From Dipteris shenzhenensis (lineage: Eukaryota), in assembly GCA_047967505.1 (NCBI GenBank), contig CM106538.1: a stretch of DNA of 64,000 nt, one strand, 5' to 3'. Under the pieces are notes generated by a model. It was given only the letters and a program-made list of their open reading frames with translations, searched no databases and was not told the origin of the DNA. Position numbers and translations under genes: made by a program. Positions 37,784-49,999 of this stretch are shown here, in pieces (the first letter of the stretch is position 1; each line of letters starts with the position of its first letter).

Positions 37784-40456
37784 TTGTCAAGTGTGGATGA
37801 GTTCATGCATATTAACAAACCTGGTGTCAATCAACCTTGTGGATTTGTGAAAGCCATGCAAGATGTCCCAATGAGTGATGTTCTCTCAAGAGTGGAAGAG
37901 TTTCAAGGTTCTCAATACTCTCGTAGAATATTGAATTCATTGAATGGTCCTAAGAGTATGTTAAAAACAAGGATGAGATCAATAGAGGATTATTCAATAT
38001 TTAACTTTGATTGTGATATGGCCAAGGATGCAACGACCAATCATGGATGCTTGGTTACAAAAAAATGTGAGGAGAAGAAGTGCATAAATACAAATAACAA
38101 TGTGCACGAGGAACAAAAACGGTCATACATATGCATGAAGAGAAAGCGAATCTAGGCAGATCCACAAAAGCAACCAAAGAGGAAGAGAGTAATGAAGGAG
38201 GAGAACATGTTAAATGCATTGGGATATCTATGTTGCAAGCGAAGATGTATGCGCTTCATTGATCTTGCAAACATCAGGGAATGTAGAGGACACATGTGGC
38301 AAAGAAGAGGAAGCGAAAGAAATGAATACCTTCTCACAAGTCTCTCTTACTTTCTTCAGAATGGCAATAAAAGGCTAAGTTTAAGACAAAAGGTAAAACC
38401 TCTTATAAATGGAAAAAGGATTTGCAATAAGGCATATCGCAATATTACTGGATTATCCCATGGTACATATTGGGATTTAGTCACCAAGGCAAAGGGTGGC
38501 AACAAATTTAGCATTCATGGTAATAGAGGAAGTTCCAAATCAAGAATCTCAACTGTCAAGGCAGCAGCAATTTTGCAAGACTTCATACATGAAAATGCTT
38601 TACCTCAACCCCATATATCTACCAAACTCCCTAACGGTGATGTGATCACTGAAATGCACCTTCCAATGGGCTTGACAAAGCTCAAAGTATTTGACTCTAT
38701 TGCAAAAAAGCAAAGGCAAAGAGGGGATGCCGTAGCTTCTTCTCATACTTTGTATACTCTTTGGAAGAAGAACTTTGGATATGTTAAAATCCCAAGGAGG
38801 CAAAACATGTCAAAGTGCAATGTCTGTGATGATTTAAAGCGAGCAATTGAGGGTGCAACATGTCCAAATCAAAGGGAATTATACAAAAAAAATCAAAAAT
38901 CTCATCATGACCTTATTCGACATTCCAGACAAAAATATGCATTTTGGAAGGAGCAAGCTATTTCGCATCCCGATGACTACATGTGCCTTATTGTAGATGG
39001 CATGGATCAGAATACAACAACATTGCCTCGTTTTGTTGCCACTCCACCTAAATTACAAGGAAAGCACTTTCTAAAGACACATCTATGTGGAGTGTTAGTG
39101 CATGGAATTAAGTTCTTTGCAGATATATGGATTGATTCCTTGCATCTACATGATAGCAATCAAGTTGTAACATCTATTATGAAGGCAATTCGCAATGTAC
39201 ATGTAGAAAAAGGTCGCCTACCACTGACTTTGAGAATACAAGCTCATAATTGCTGGTGAGAAAATAAGAATGTACTCATGTTTGCATTCTGCTCCATGCT
39301 AGTTGCTCATCGAATCTTCAATGAGTTCGAATGTGGATTTTTGTATGTTGGGCATACACATGAGGATATCGATCAGGTTTTTAGCACAGTCTCAAGGGAG
39401 CTTAAATGCAAGGATGTGGAGACAATAGATGACTTGGTAAGAAGATGTGGCAGGCAAGTTGGTGGTCGTAAGGAAAGTACAGTATGTGAGAGGCTCAAAA
39501 GAATGTATGATTGGAAGAGCTTCATTCTACCTTTCATACAAACGGGTGGTGATGCATTGACAGGTCATACCAATCCACACTACTTTCATTTTTTTTTTTA
39601 AGATAAAAAACCCGTAATGCAATGGCAACAGTATTCTCATGATATAAAATGGGAACCTGAAGAACCTTACAGTATCTTAACTTCAATTCCCAGCAAGGAA
39701 AGGTATCCAACATGGGCTCCTATACAAGAATTCAATGAGAGGTCTAACTGTGAAATAGAAGGATTAAAAGCATTTATTACATACAAAGAGGAAATGCTTT
39801 GGAGATATCCTGATTCGAAGCCTACTTGGAGAGAACACACTACCACTGTAATTAACAAGACACGAAATTTAATAAAGGACATTGAGAGAATGTGAGGCTC
39901 AAAGGATGTCAAGGAAGAATGCAATATGTTTTGGCCAAATGTTCATAACGATTTGCGCGTAGCTCCAGTCTTTGAAAATGAATTTGTATCATTACTCCCA
40001 TGTCCATATTGTGGACCGAAGAAGAGAGAGTTTATGCCACAAGTAGATATAGAGGTCGATTGTTTTGTTGTGGTTCGGCCATCGGATGATGAATATGAGA
40101 ATGTGAAGTTTTGGGTTGCAAAAGTAGTTGATGTGCAAAGAGATGACCAAGGGAGAGCTACAACATTTACAGCGGTATGGTATGAGCCAAAGGGTAGGAA
40201 GGAGAATATGGATAACAACACATTGTATACTAATTGTATAATGAAGGAGTGGGTCCCAAATGATGAAGCGGTCTCTCAAGTTTCGATGGAGACAATCATA
40301 GTGTCTTGGCATTCAAGGACAAAGAAATCAAAGAAGCACATGGGATATGAGGTAGAAGGAAAAATAAAAATACCACAGCAAACTATTTTGCATATACACG
40401 AATTTTTAAGGATGCTCGCCATGGAGGAAGTAGAAGGAGACAGCGCAAATGAATAA
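37784..40456 (+). pseudogene. Sola-like DDD transposase (DUF7869-type by recollection), ~890 codons with four in-frame stops
   Basis: Five listed ORFs share one frame. Motifs: CCKRRC, CNVC..H...H, IVDGMDQN, QAHNCW*ENKN, GHTHEDIDQVFS. C-terminal FWVAKVV..AVWYEP segment. Confidence 0.8.
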
Positions 40457-40574
40457 TGTCCACGATTAAAGCTTTGTATTGAAGTCCATTGAAGGATTTT
40501 ATTTGGGTACTAGGCAAGAAGCCAATTCAAGACAATTATAATCAGAGTCATCACCTCCTATGTCAAATGAGAGT

Positions 40575-40990
40575 CAAAATATGCACTGGATGTCACCCAA
40601 GGGTCAAGGCTTGCCAAGACAATAGGGAGTTAATGCATATGGCATTTGGCAAGGGACTATCACATTGAGCAATAAGACAATGGGGAGTTAATGCACCCAA
40701 GGGGCAAGGCTTGGCAAGACAAGTGGGAGTTAATGCAGATGGCACCTGTATTTTGCACTGGATGTCACCCAAGGGTCAAGGCTTAGCAAGACAATAGGGA
40801 GTTAATGCAGATGGCACCTGGCAAGGGACTATCACATTGAGCAATAAGACAATGGGGAGTCAATGCACCCAAGGGGCAAGGTTTGGCAAGACAAGTGGGA
40901 GTCAAATTATGCAGATGGCACCTGGCAAGGGACTGTCATGACATTGAGCAATAAGACAATGGGGAGTCAAATTATGCAGATGGCACGAAT
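40575..40990. repeat. Tandem repeats 3' of the transposase (~175-bp unit built from aagacaatggggagttaatgca subunits)
   Basis: gcactggatgtcacccaagggtcaaggc at ~40583 and ~40755, with many subunit copies. Confidence 0.8.
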
Positions 40991-41562
40991 TGAGACTCTT
41001 TAAGAGCAACAATTTAAATTGTAAACATATGTTCAATCTATATCATTTTGGATATAAAGACTCTAGCTGAGCGCAACGTCTCTCAATGTAATCATATAAT
41101 AATAGCTATAATTGCTATTATACCTCTTTGGTTCAATACAAAAGTTGGGTCTTATGGCATCATGTCTTTTTTCTAATTATTAAAAGTTTTAAAAATTTTG
41201 TGCATATTGCGAGTGACAATGTTATTTTCATGAAATATTTAAGTCTCCTTTCATGGATTTATAAATTTATCACATCAAGGAAAAACGTCAAGGAAAAATA
41301 TTAAAAATAATTAAATTAACAAATAACTTAGATATAGCTAGAATTTCTAATATAGGATTATTTCAAATTCTTGCATGTTGGTGCAAAAATATAGATTGAA
41401 AAAACAATATTTTTATGTGAATATGATAGTGCCACAAAGTGAACTTTTGATTTGGGAAGAATATTTTCAGAAAGTAAAATTTTGATTTGGGAAGGATATT
41501 TTCACAACGTAAAGTTTTCATTTGGGAAGGATTTTTGGGCTTCGTCCAAAAACAACAGAAAA

Positions 41563-41588
41563 AGTCCAAAATTAATGAAATAGGTGTT
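41563..41588 (-). repeat. Right terminal inverted repeat
   Basis: agtccaaaattaatgaaataggtgtt, exact reverse complement of 15125-15150. Confidence 0.95.
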
Positions 41589-41592
41589 TATG

Positions 41593-42430
41593 GCTCTTGC
41601 AGAGGCAGTATGGATTGGACATGCTGTCCAAATATGGGATGACAGGCTGTAAGCCTATTTCAGTTCCTTTGGAGCAGAATGTGAAGTTGAGCGCAGATGC
41701 AGGTGAGCTTCTGGAAGACCCTACTATGTACAGACGCATAGTAGGAAGTTTGATTTATATGACTATTACTAGGCCAAATTTGAGCTATGTTGTTGGGTTG
41801 GTAAGTCAGTTTATGTAGGCTCCAAGGAAACCACATTTGGATGTGGCTAGATGCATACTGAGGTATGTGAATTCCACATTACAGTATGGACTATTTTATG
41901 AGACTGGGGTTCAGATACAGTTGCATGGATACACTGATGCTGATTGGGATGGTAGTATTTTTTATAGACAATCTACTAGTGGATATGTGTTCTCTTTTGG
42001 GAGTGTTGCAGTCACTTGGAGTAGCAAGAAACAGCCTAGAATTGCCTTGTCGAGCACAGAGGCTAAGTACAGGGGTGCAGCAATGGCTGCATGTGAGGCA
42101 GCTTGGTTGCATAAGCTACTTTATGATATGCATCAGTCTATAGATGGGCTAGTTGTCATTTATTGTGACAACATGAGTAGTATACACTTAGCAAATACCC
42201 CAGTCTATCATGCTAGAACAAAGCACATTGAGGTGCATTATCATGCTAGAACAAAGCACATTGAGGTGCATTATCACTATGTGTGGGAGAAGGTTCTAGT
42301 AGGTTTTATTGATTCTAGTTTATGCCAGCACAAAGGATCATGTAGCTGACATATTCATGAAGGCATTGGGTGCAAAGAAGCAGTGCAAGTTCAGAGACTT
42401 GCTTGGTGTGTAGGAATTGGGATTGAGCTT
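41593..42430 (+). pseudogene. 3' RT and RNaseH of copia A1
   Basis: LLQRQYGLD..TRPNLSY..GYTDADW..SSTEAKY..HARTKHIEVHY. The last motif is duplicated in frame (33 bp). Confidence 0.93.
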
Positions 42431-42439
42431 GAGGGGGAG

Positions 42440-42804
42440 TGTTGAGATATCGAGCTCCACTCATGATATGCCAGGGTGACCATTGTGCATTTATGTCACC
42501 GACTTGTTCACCGACTTGTTAGCTGTAGATGCGGTTGGTACACCGCCCATGAATAATAGCTAGATGACAGCTATCTTCATGTACTCTAGTTAGTGGCTAA
42601 GTTAGTATGCCACCTTAGTTAGCTAAGTTTAATTTGAGACCCACATATAGGGTTCACCTATTCTTTTGTACTTAGAGTTCTTTTGGCTTTCACAACTAAG
42701 AAGAGGAAAACTGTTTTCAGCCTCCACCTTTGTGTATATTCCCCCATTGTGTATGTGAGAAAGCTGTAAGTGAGACTCCTTCCTTCTCTCCCACTCTCTT
42801 CATA
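42440..42804 (+). repeat. 3' LTR of copia A1
   Basis: Follows the PPT and is followed by TSD GTTAC. Confidence 0.93.
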
Positions 42805-44369
42805 GTTACTCTACGAACTTTAGGGTGCAGGCTAAAGTTTATGAAGAATCCAGACTGGTAATCACCTGAATGGCCTGATGTTGCTGCCTCAAATGCTCCC
42901 ACCAATCGTGATAGCACAACTCGTGTTCTTTGTTCCGATGGCAATGATTGAATGTGTGCATCTACAACTACTTCTTGTTGCTTCTCTACAAGGAGTCTTC
43001 TTTGTTCTCATTGTTTCTCCCTTCGCAGATTTTGCAAAAGTGTCTTCTGTTGCCAATCCGATACTGTGCCAGTGCTTTACTTGACCTGCACTCTGTTCCT
43101 TGTGCCTTGACTTGGCTTTTTGGCTTTCCTATCTCACCGCCTCTGTCTGCTTCTCTTGTAATCCATGGTGAGCTGCATGTTGCCATTGATGCCATGGCCA
43201 TGATCAGCAGTCCATAATACACCTAGAGAAGCTAGTTGTTCAGGCAAGCAAAGAATAGAAGACAACTTACCTGAAAGAAGACAATGGCAAACCAAAGTCT
43301 ACGCAAGGTCACGTTGAGGTGCGTACAGGTTTTGCATGGCATTTGCAAGGTGGGGGCAGGTTGCAGATACTTAATCTTCCAAGATTTTATGGGCGGGAGG
43401 TGTCAAAATTTGAAATTTGTGAGAGTAGAAAAATTTCAACTGCCGGTTTTTCCCCCTCCAATGATACACTTCAGCAAAATCGGATATCCCAAACAAGTGC
43501 AATGTGGCCTAAAATGCTTCAAAACACAAATAGGCCAAAGGGAAAACTATCAGCTTTGATGCTGTGTATTATTAAATGCAATGACCTTTGGCATACTTAT
43601 GAGCAATATAGCAAGCAAGTCCATGGAAAAAGAAACAATTCAAATTTGTAAATAGTGTTGGATTTATTGAAATATCTTTGTACATGCACAAATTGCACTT
43701 TTCCAACTTCTTTCATTTTAGGGTGAATCTAGATACCAATACCAACAACTATCAATGTTTTAAGACCACCATGCACTAGTCCCAATAGTTTGGATTCCAA
43801 ATTTTCAATTGGGGCTCTTCACAGGCAGCCTCTTCTAGAAGGACTATATTTCTTCGAGTTTGGAGGGGTTCTCCCTTTTTCTCGGAGGTTTCTACCGGAT
43901 TGAGATGGCACTATCAGCCTCAATCCTTTTCTTTTGGCTCTTGAGCTTTTTGTGCATTGCATGATGTATCCCGTATGGAGCTTGCTCTAACAGTTTTTCT
44001 TTAATACTTAATAGAAGTCTCTTTTTGCCAAAAAAAAAAAAAAATCACTCCGTTTTGGTTTTCAACAAATCAAAAGAAAGTTATGGAGCATGCCCTCAAA
44101 TGGTATGCATCTTTAGCACAACATTGGAGGGCCATTAACCCATGCATAATGATCTCATTTAGGTGTGTCCTTGGGTTGAGGAGAAGCTCACATAGTGTAC
44201 TTTAGAATGATTACTTGGTTGCATGCATGTATAGAATAAAATTTTGATGTTTTTGAATAAATTTCTATATCCTATAGTCTTCAGGATGCATGCTTCACAT
44301 GCAACATAGCACTTGTAATGCTTTAACAGTCTTGTTCCAAATCCTTATTCCATAATTTTTTGCTCTCAT

Positions 44370-47300
44370 GTTCAAGTTAAAATGTGTACTACAACTTGAA
44401 GACAAAGTTTTTCAAATTTCATTGAGCAATGCATAAGTTATGGGTCATGCAAGATACCCATATATAGAAAAGTCCCTGAAGCAAACAATGACCAAGAGTG
44501 TCATTCACAAGATGGTCATATTGTAGGAGGAATTGTGGGAAGGCCTTCAATACTATAAGAACCCATGGTTTGGGAAGCAGAGGAACAGAGATGGAAAGCC
44601 ACAAAGGCAATGACATTTTTCGTACCGCTTTTCCTGCGATTGATGAAGCCATTTCGCAAGTGGTCCCTTGACAGCCCAAGATTGTCATAGATGAGATTGA
44701 TCACTTGGAGGAGGAACGTAGAGTGACCAAGAGTGTCATTCACAAGATGGTCATATTGCAAGAGGAACTGTGGGAAGGCCTTCAATACTATAAGTACCCA
44801 CTATTTGCAAAGTATGTTGTTGAAGGCCCCCACTGTGCAAAGTGTTGAGCCCTTATCTTGGAATCCTTGTGTAAATAAAAAGTCCTTGAAAGATCTTAGA
44901 GTTGATCTCTTGTAATCTTGGATATATATTACCTAGGACATTTTTAGGCACTGACCACCCCTCTAATATAATCATCATTTCAATAGAACTTGAGTTAAGT
45001 ATAGTAAATTGTCTTCTTTGAAAACAAAAAAAAGTAGTAAATTGTCTTTGTATTTATCCATCCTTAGATATGATGGTGGTCTCTTTTCAAAATGTAGAAG
45101 AGTAAAACTTGGTTGTATACTACCCGAGTATATAACTTTAGGGGCTGACTATACATTTGGCTTTTCTATATAACTTCAATTTTAAAGTAATAATTTGCCA
45201 TTTATCAGTCCTTGGATATGGCTGCTTCACTCAACTAGACTTTTAAATTTGAAAATGTTGGATTTAGTTGGATTCAAAGGTTCTACTTTCTTATGACTGC
45301 TTCACTCAGTTGGAATTTATAATTTGAAAATGTTTCCCTGAGCTGGGACTTTATAATTTGATGGACATTTTTCCATAATACAGTACGATTCTATAGCTTG
45401 CAATTCATTTAGGATTTGTGGCGATGGCTGAATTCTGATAATACATAAAGAGAACTAGCCTAAAGGGGACTATTTTAGTATAAACACTTTGCAATAATAC
45501 GATCCATTTTAGGATAGCAAGGTGATAGTGCAAGATAAGTGGTTAGGATAAGTGTTCACCAGCACACTGGTTGGTTGCATAGTAGGATATTAGTTGCCAC
45601 CAACACGGTGTTTTGCTTCTATTATTACAAGATAATGGAATGCAATTCATTCGTTTAGGATTTGTGGTCACCCATGGATTTGTGGTCACAGCCCAATTGT
45701 TGAAATTTGACAATAGTTAAAGAGAACCAACCTAAAGGGGATACCATAAACAAATACATTTTCTAATATTTCACCAGCCCGTCGGAGGTTGAAATCTTAC
45801 AATAATTACAGAGAACCAGCCTATTTGTGGGAGATATTTTCCTTGTGTGCAACCAAGGAAAATGCAATTGGATCCCATGACATCCCATTAGATAACTAAA
45901 AACAAGCACGGTGGTTGTTTGGCATATACTAAAAACAAGCGTGGGGTTAATCTATCATTTGGGATTTACAAAAAACAAGAGCAGTGATTTTTTGGGACAT
46001 ATGATGAGGATCGAGGTCAAAGCTCCTCTGCCCAATTGAGATGCTAGGATTCTAATCCATAAAATTGAGATACAATCCATCTATTGACCCAACATCCAGG
46101 CCCCCTTTTTGCAATACGAGGAAAACAAAACAAAATACCATATGTGCAAAAACAAAATACAGTATGTGCAAATTAAATTTAACTAATTTAAGTACTAAGA
46201 AAAGAACTGATTTCAGCCACCGAGCTCATCAACAGCTAATGTCTATTTAACCACACTAGTGTTTGAGCTAAATCATCCACGATTGCATATGACGTTCCAA
46301 CCACCAGGTTGGTTTAGTAAAATAATAATATATTGATGTTCTGTTGCAAAATATATTGTTGTTCAAGTTTGGAATGTGTATTACAATCTGAAGACAAAGT
46401 TTGTTGAATTCCATTAAGCAATGCATAAGCTATGGGTCATGCAAGATACCCATATATAGAAAAGTCTCTAAACCTCACCAAAAATGGCTATACACAAGCA
46501 AACAATGACCCAAGAGTGTCATTCACAAGATGGTCATATTGCAGGAGGAACTGTGGGAAGGCCTTCAATACTCTAAGAACCCATGGTTTGGGAAGCGGAG
46601 GAACAAAAATGGAAAGCCATAGAGGCAATGACATTTTTCCTACCACTTTTCCTGAGATTGATAAAGCCATTTCACAAGTGGTCCCTCGACAACCCAAGAT
46701 TGTCGTAGATGAGATTGATCACTTGGAGGAGGAACATAGAGTTTCCAAGAGTGTCATTCACAAGATGGTCATATTCCAGGAGGAACTGTGGGAAGGCCTT
46801 CAATACTATAAGAACCCAGGGTTTGGGAAGCAGAGGAATAGAGATGGAAAGCCACAGAGGCAATGACATTTTTCCTACCGCTTTTCCTGAGATTGATGAA
46901 GCCATTTTGCAAGTGGTCCCTAGACAACCCAAGATTGTTGTAGATGAGACTGAACTCGTGGATGAGGAACATAGAGTTCCCAAGAGTGTCATTCATAAGA
47001 TGGTCATATTGCAGGAGGAACTGTGGGAAGGCCTTCAATACTATAAGAACCCACTATTTGCAAAGTATGTTGCTAAAGGCCCCCACTGTGGAAAGTGTTG
47101 AGCCCTTAACTTGGAATCCTTGCGTAAATATAAAGTCCTTGAAAGATCTCAGAGTTGATATCTTGGAATCTTGGATATATATTACCCAGGACATTTTTAG
47201 GGGCTGACCACCCCTCTAATACAGTCATCTTTTCAATAGAGCTTGAGTTAAGTAGTAAATTGTCTTCTTTGAAAACAAAAAAAAGTAGTAAATTGTCTTT

Positions 47301-49350
47301 GTATTTATCCATCTTTAGATACGATGGTGGTCAATGTAGAAGAGTAAAACTTGGTTGTATACTTCCTGGGTATATAACTTTACGGGCTGACTATACATTT
47401 GGCTTTTCTATATAACTTCAATTTTAAAGTAATAATTTGCCATTTCTTGGTCCTTGGATATGACCGCTTCACTCAACTGGACTTTTAAATTTGAAAATGT
47501 TGAATTTAGTTGGATTCAAAGGTTCTATTGTCTTATGTGACTGCTTCACTCAATTGGAATTTATAATTTGAAAATGTTTCCCTGACTTGGACTTTATAAT
47601 TTGATGGACATTTTTCCATAATATAGTATGATTCTATAGCTTACAATTCATTTAGGATTTGTGGTGGTGGTTGAATTTTGATAATAGATAAACGGAACTA
47701 GCCTAAAGGGGACTATTTTAGTATAACACTTTGCAACAATACGATCCATTTTAGGATAGCAAGGTGGTAGTGCAAGATAAGTGGTCAGGATAAGTGTTTG
47801 CCATAGCACATTGGTTGGTTGCACAGTAGGATATTAGTTGCCACCAACACGGTGTTTTGCTTCTATTATTACAAGATAAATGGAATGTAATTCATTCGTT
47901 TAGGATTTGTGGTCACCCATGGATTTGTGGTCACATCCCAGTGGTTGAAATTTGAAGATAGTTAAAGAGAACCAACCTAAAGGGGATACCATAAACAAAT
48001 GCATTTTCTTATATTTCACTAGCTCGTCAGTGGTTGAAATCTTACAATAGTTACAAAGAACTGGCCTATTTGTGGGAGATATTTTACTTATGTGCAACCA
48101 AGGAGAATGCAGTTGGATCCCATGACATCCCATTAGATAACTAGAAACAAGCACAGTGGTTGTTTCGCATATACTAAAAACAAGTGTGGGGTTAATCTAT
48201 TTTTTGGGATTTACAAAAAACAAGAGTGGTGGTTTTTTGGGACATATGATGAGGATCAAGGTCAAATCTCCTCTACCCAATTGAGATGCTAGGATTCTAA
48301 TCCATAAAATTGAGATACAATCCATTTGTTGACCCAACATGCAAGCCTCCTTTTTGCAATATAAGGAAAACAAAACAATAATACCATATGTGCAAAACAA
48401 AATACAGTATGTGCAAATTAAATTTAACTAATTTAAGTACTAAGAAACACACTGATTTCAACCACCGAGCAGGTTAACATCTAATGTCTATTCAACCACA
48501 CTGGTGTTTGAGTTGAATCATCCATGATTGCATGACGTTCCAACCACCAGATTGGTTTAGTAAAATAATAATATATTGATGTTCTATTGCAAAACATATT
48601 GTTGTGCAAGTTTGGAATGTGTACTACAACCTGAAGATAGAGTTTTCTGAATTCCGCTGAGCAATGCATAAGTTATGTGTCATGCAAGATACCCATATAT
48701 AGAAAAGTCATTGAACCTCACCAAAAATGGCTATACACAAGCAAACAATGACCCAAGAGTGTCATTCACAAGATGGTCATATTGTAAGAGGAACTGTGGG
48801 AAGGCCTTCAATACTATAAGATTCCATAGTTTGGGAAGCAGAGGAATAGAGATGGAAAGCCATAGAGGCAATGACATTTTTCCTACCACTTTTCCTGAGA
48901 TTGATGAAGCCATTTCGCAAGTGGTCCCTCGACAACCCAAGATTGTTGTCGTAGATGAGATTGATCACTTGGAGATGGAACATAGAGTTCTCAAGAGTGT
49001 CATTCACAAGATGGTCATATTGCAGGAGGAACTATGGGAAGGCCTTCAATACTATAAGAACCCACTGTTTGCGAAGTATGTTGCTGAAGGCCCCCACTGT
49101 GCAAAGTGTTGAGCCCTTAACCCAGAATCCTTGCGTAAATATAAAGTCCTTCAAAGATCTCAGAGTTGTTGATCTCTTGGAATCTTGGATATATATTACC
49201 CAAGACATTTTTAAGAGCTGACCACCCCTCTAATACAATCATCTTTTCAATAGAACTTAAGTAGTAAATTGTCTTTGTACTTATCCATCTTTTGATATGA
49301 TGGTGGTCTCTTTTCAAAATGTAGAAGAGTAAAAGTTGGTTGTATACTAC
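44370..49350 (+). repeat. Tandem triplication of a ~2.0-2.2-kb unit with internal ~235-bp subrepeats
   Basis: Units start at ~44371, ~46361 and ~48601 (third is partial). The subrepeat start caagagtgtcattcacaagatggtcatat occurs 2, 3 and 2 times. A related segment lies at ~7310-7440. Confidence 0.9.
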
Positions 49351-49999
49351 CATCTGCAACTAAGTGACTTCTGCTTCCAAATTGGTCACCCTCGCAGAAT
49401 CACCCCCTACACCATATTGTGTGGCAAGCCGAGAGAGCAACTAGGAACAAATTTATAGTTGTACATTAAGAGGCTGTGCCCAAAAAGAAAACCCGATTGA
49501 GGACACCATAGAGAATGAGTCCTTGCGGAGTCAGGATGCAAGGGTTTAGCAACAGGAGGACAGGGTGGCAGTTCTTGAAGCATAGGTGCAAGTGGTGGAA
49601 GCTCACATAGAGGCCACTCAGCAACTGCATTTGGAGTATGTTTCGGGCATTCAAGAGGAATTGTTACACCGATGTACTACCAATGCACTGGCTGAGTACT
49701 TAAGGGCTTTTTCGAGAAATGTAAGCATCAACATGAAGCACATGGGCACACTCCTAGAGGCTTTTCAAGGGGATGTGCGGGCAGAGTGGGACAGATAGAT
49801 TGCATGTTGGAATGTGATTGTCATTCCCACAAACATGTCGGCGGGAGCTGGTTCCGCAACAACACCGACCTGAAATGGATGGGGATGCAGGTGCTGGTGT
49901 GGGTTCCAGTCTGCAAAGTGCATATGCTAGTGAGAATGGAACACAGATTATGCAATAGAGACATAACATATAATGCCAATGGATTGTGTCGAGATTTCT

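Larger units (their letters stand above)
15125..41588 (+). mobile_element. Large TIR DNA transposon (Sola-like), 26.5 kb including nested retroelements, ~13 kb native
   Basis: Perfect 26-bp TIRs (15125-15150 and 41563-41588). TATG duplicated at 15121-15124 and 41589-41592. Removing the element and one TATG restores the copia RT frame (GIWLLQRQY). Internal DDD-type transposase frame. Confidence 0.9.
10770..42804 (+). mobile_element. Ty1/copia LTR retrotransposon family A, copy 1 (outermost; interrupted in RT)
   Basis: 5' LTR starts TGTTGAGAT at 10770. 3' LTR 42440-42804 is preceded by PPT gagggggag. TSD GTTAC at 10765-10769 and 42805-42809. Domain order gag-PR-INT-RT-RH. Confidence 0.95.

Noticed and set aside
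15121-41592. Alternative reading of the ends: 28-bp TIRs (TG.../...TA) with no TSD, or a TA target as in Tc1/mariner
   Set aside because: The no-TSD reading needs a near-terminal TIR mismatch, and a TA duplication leaves TG unpaired at the left end. Perfect 26-bp TIRs plus TATG explain every base. Other copies are needed to exclude these formally.
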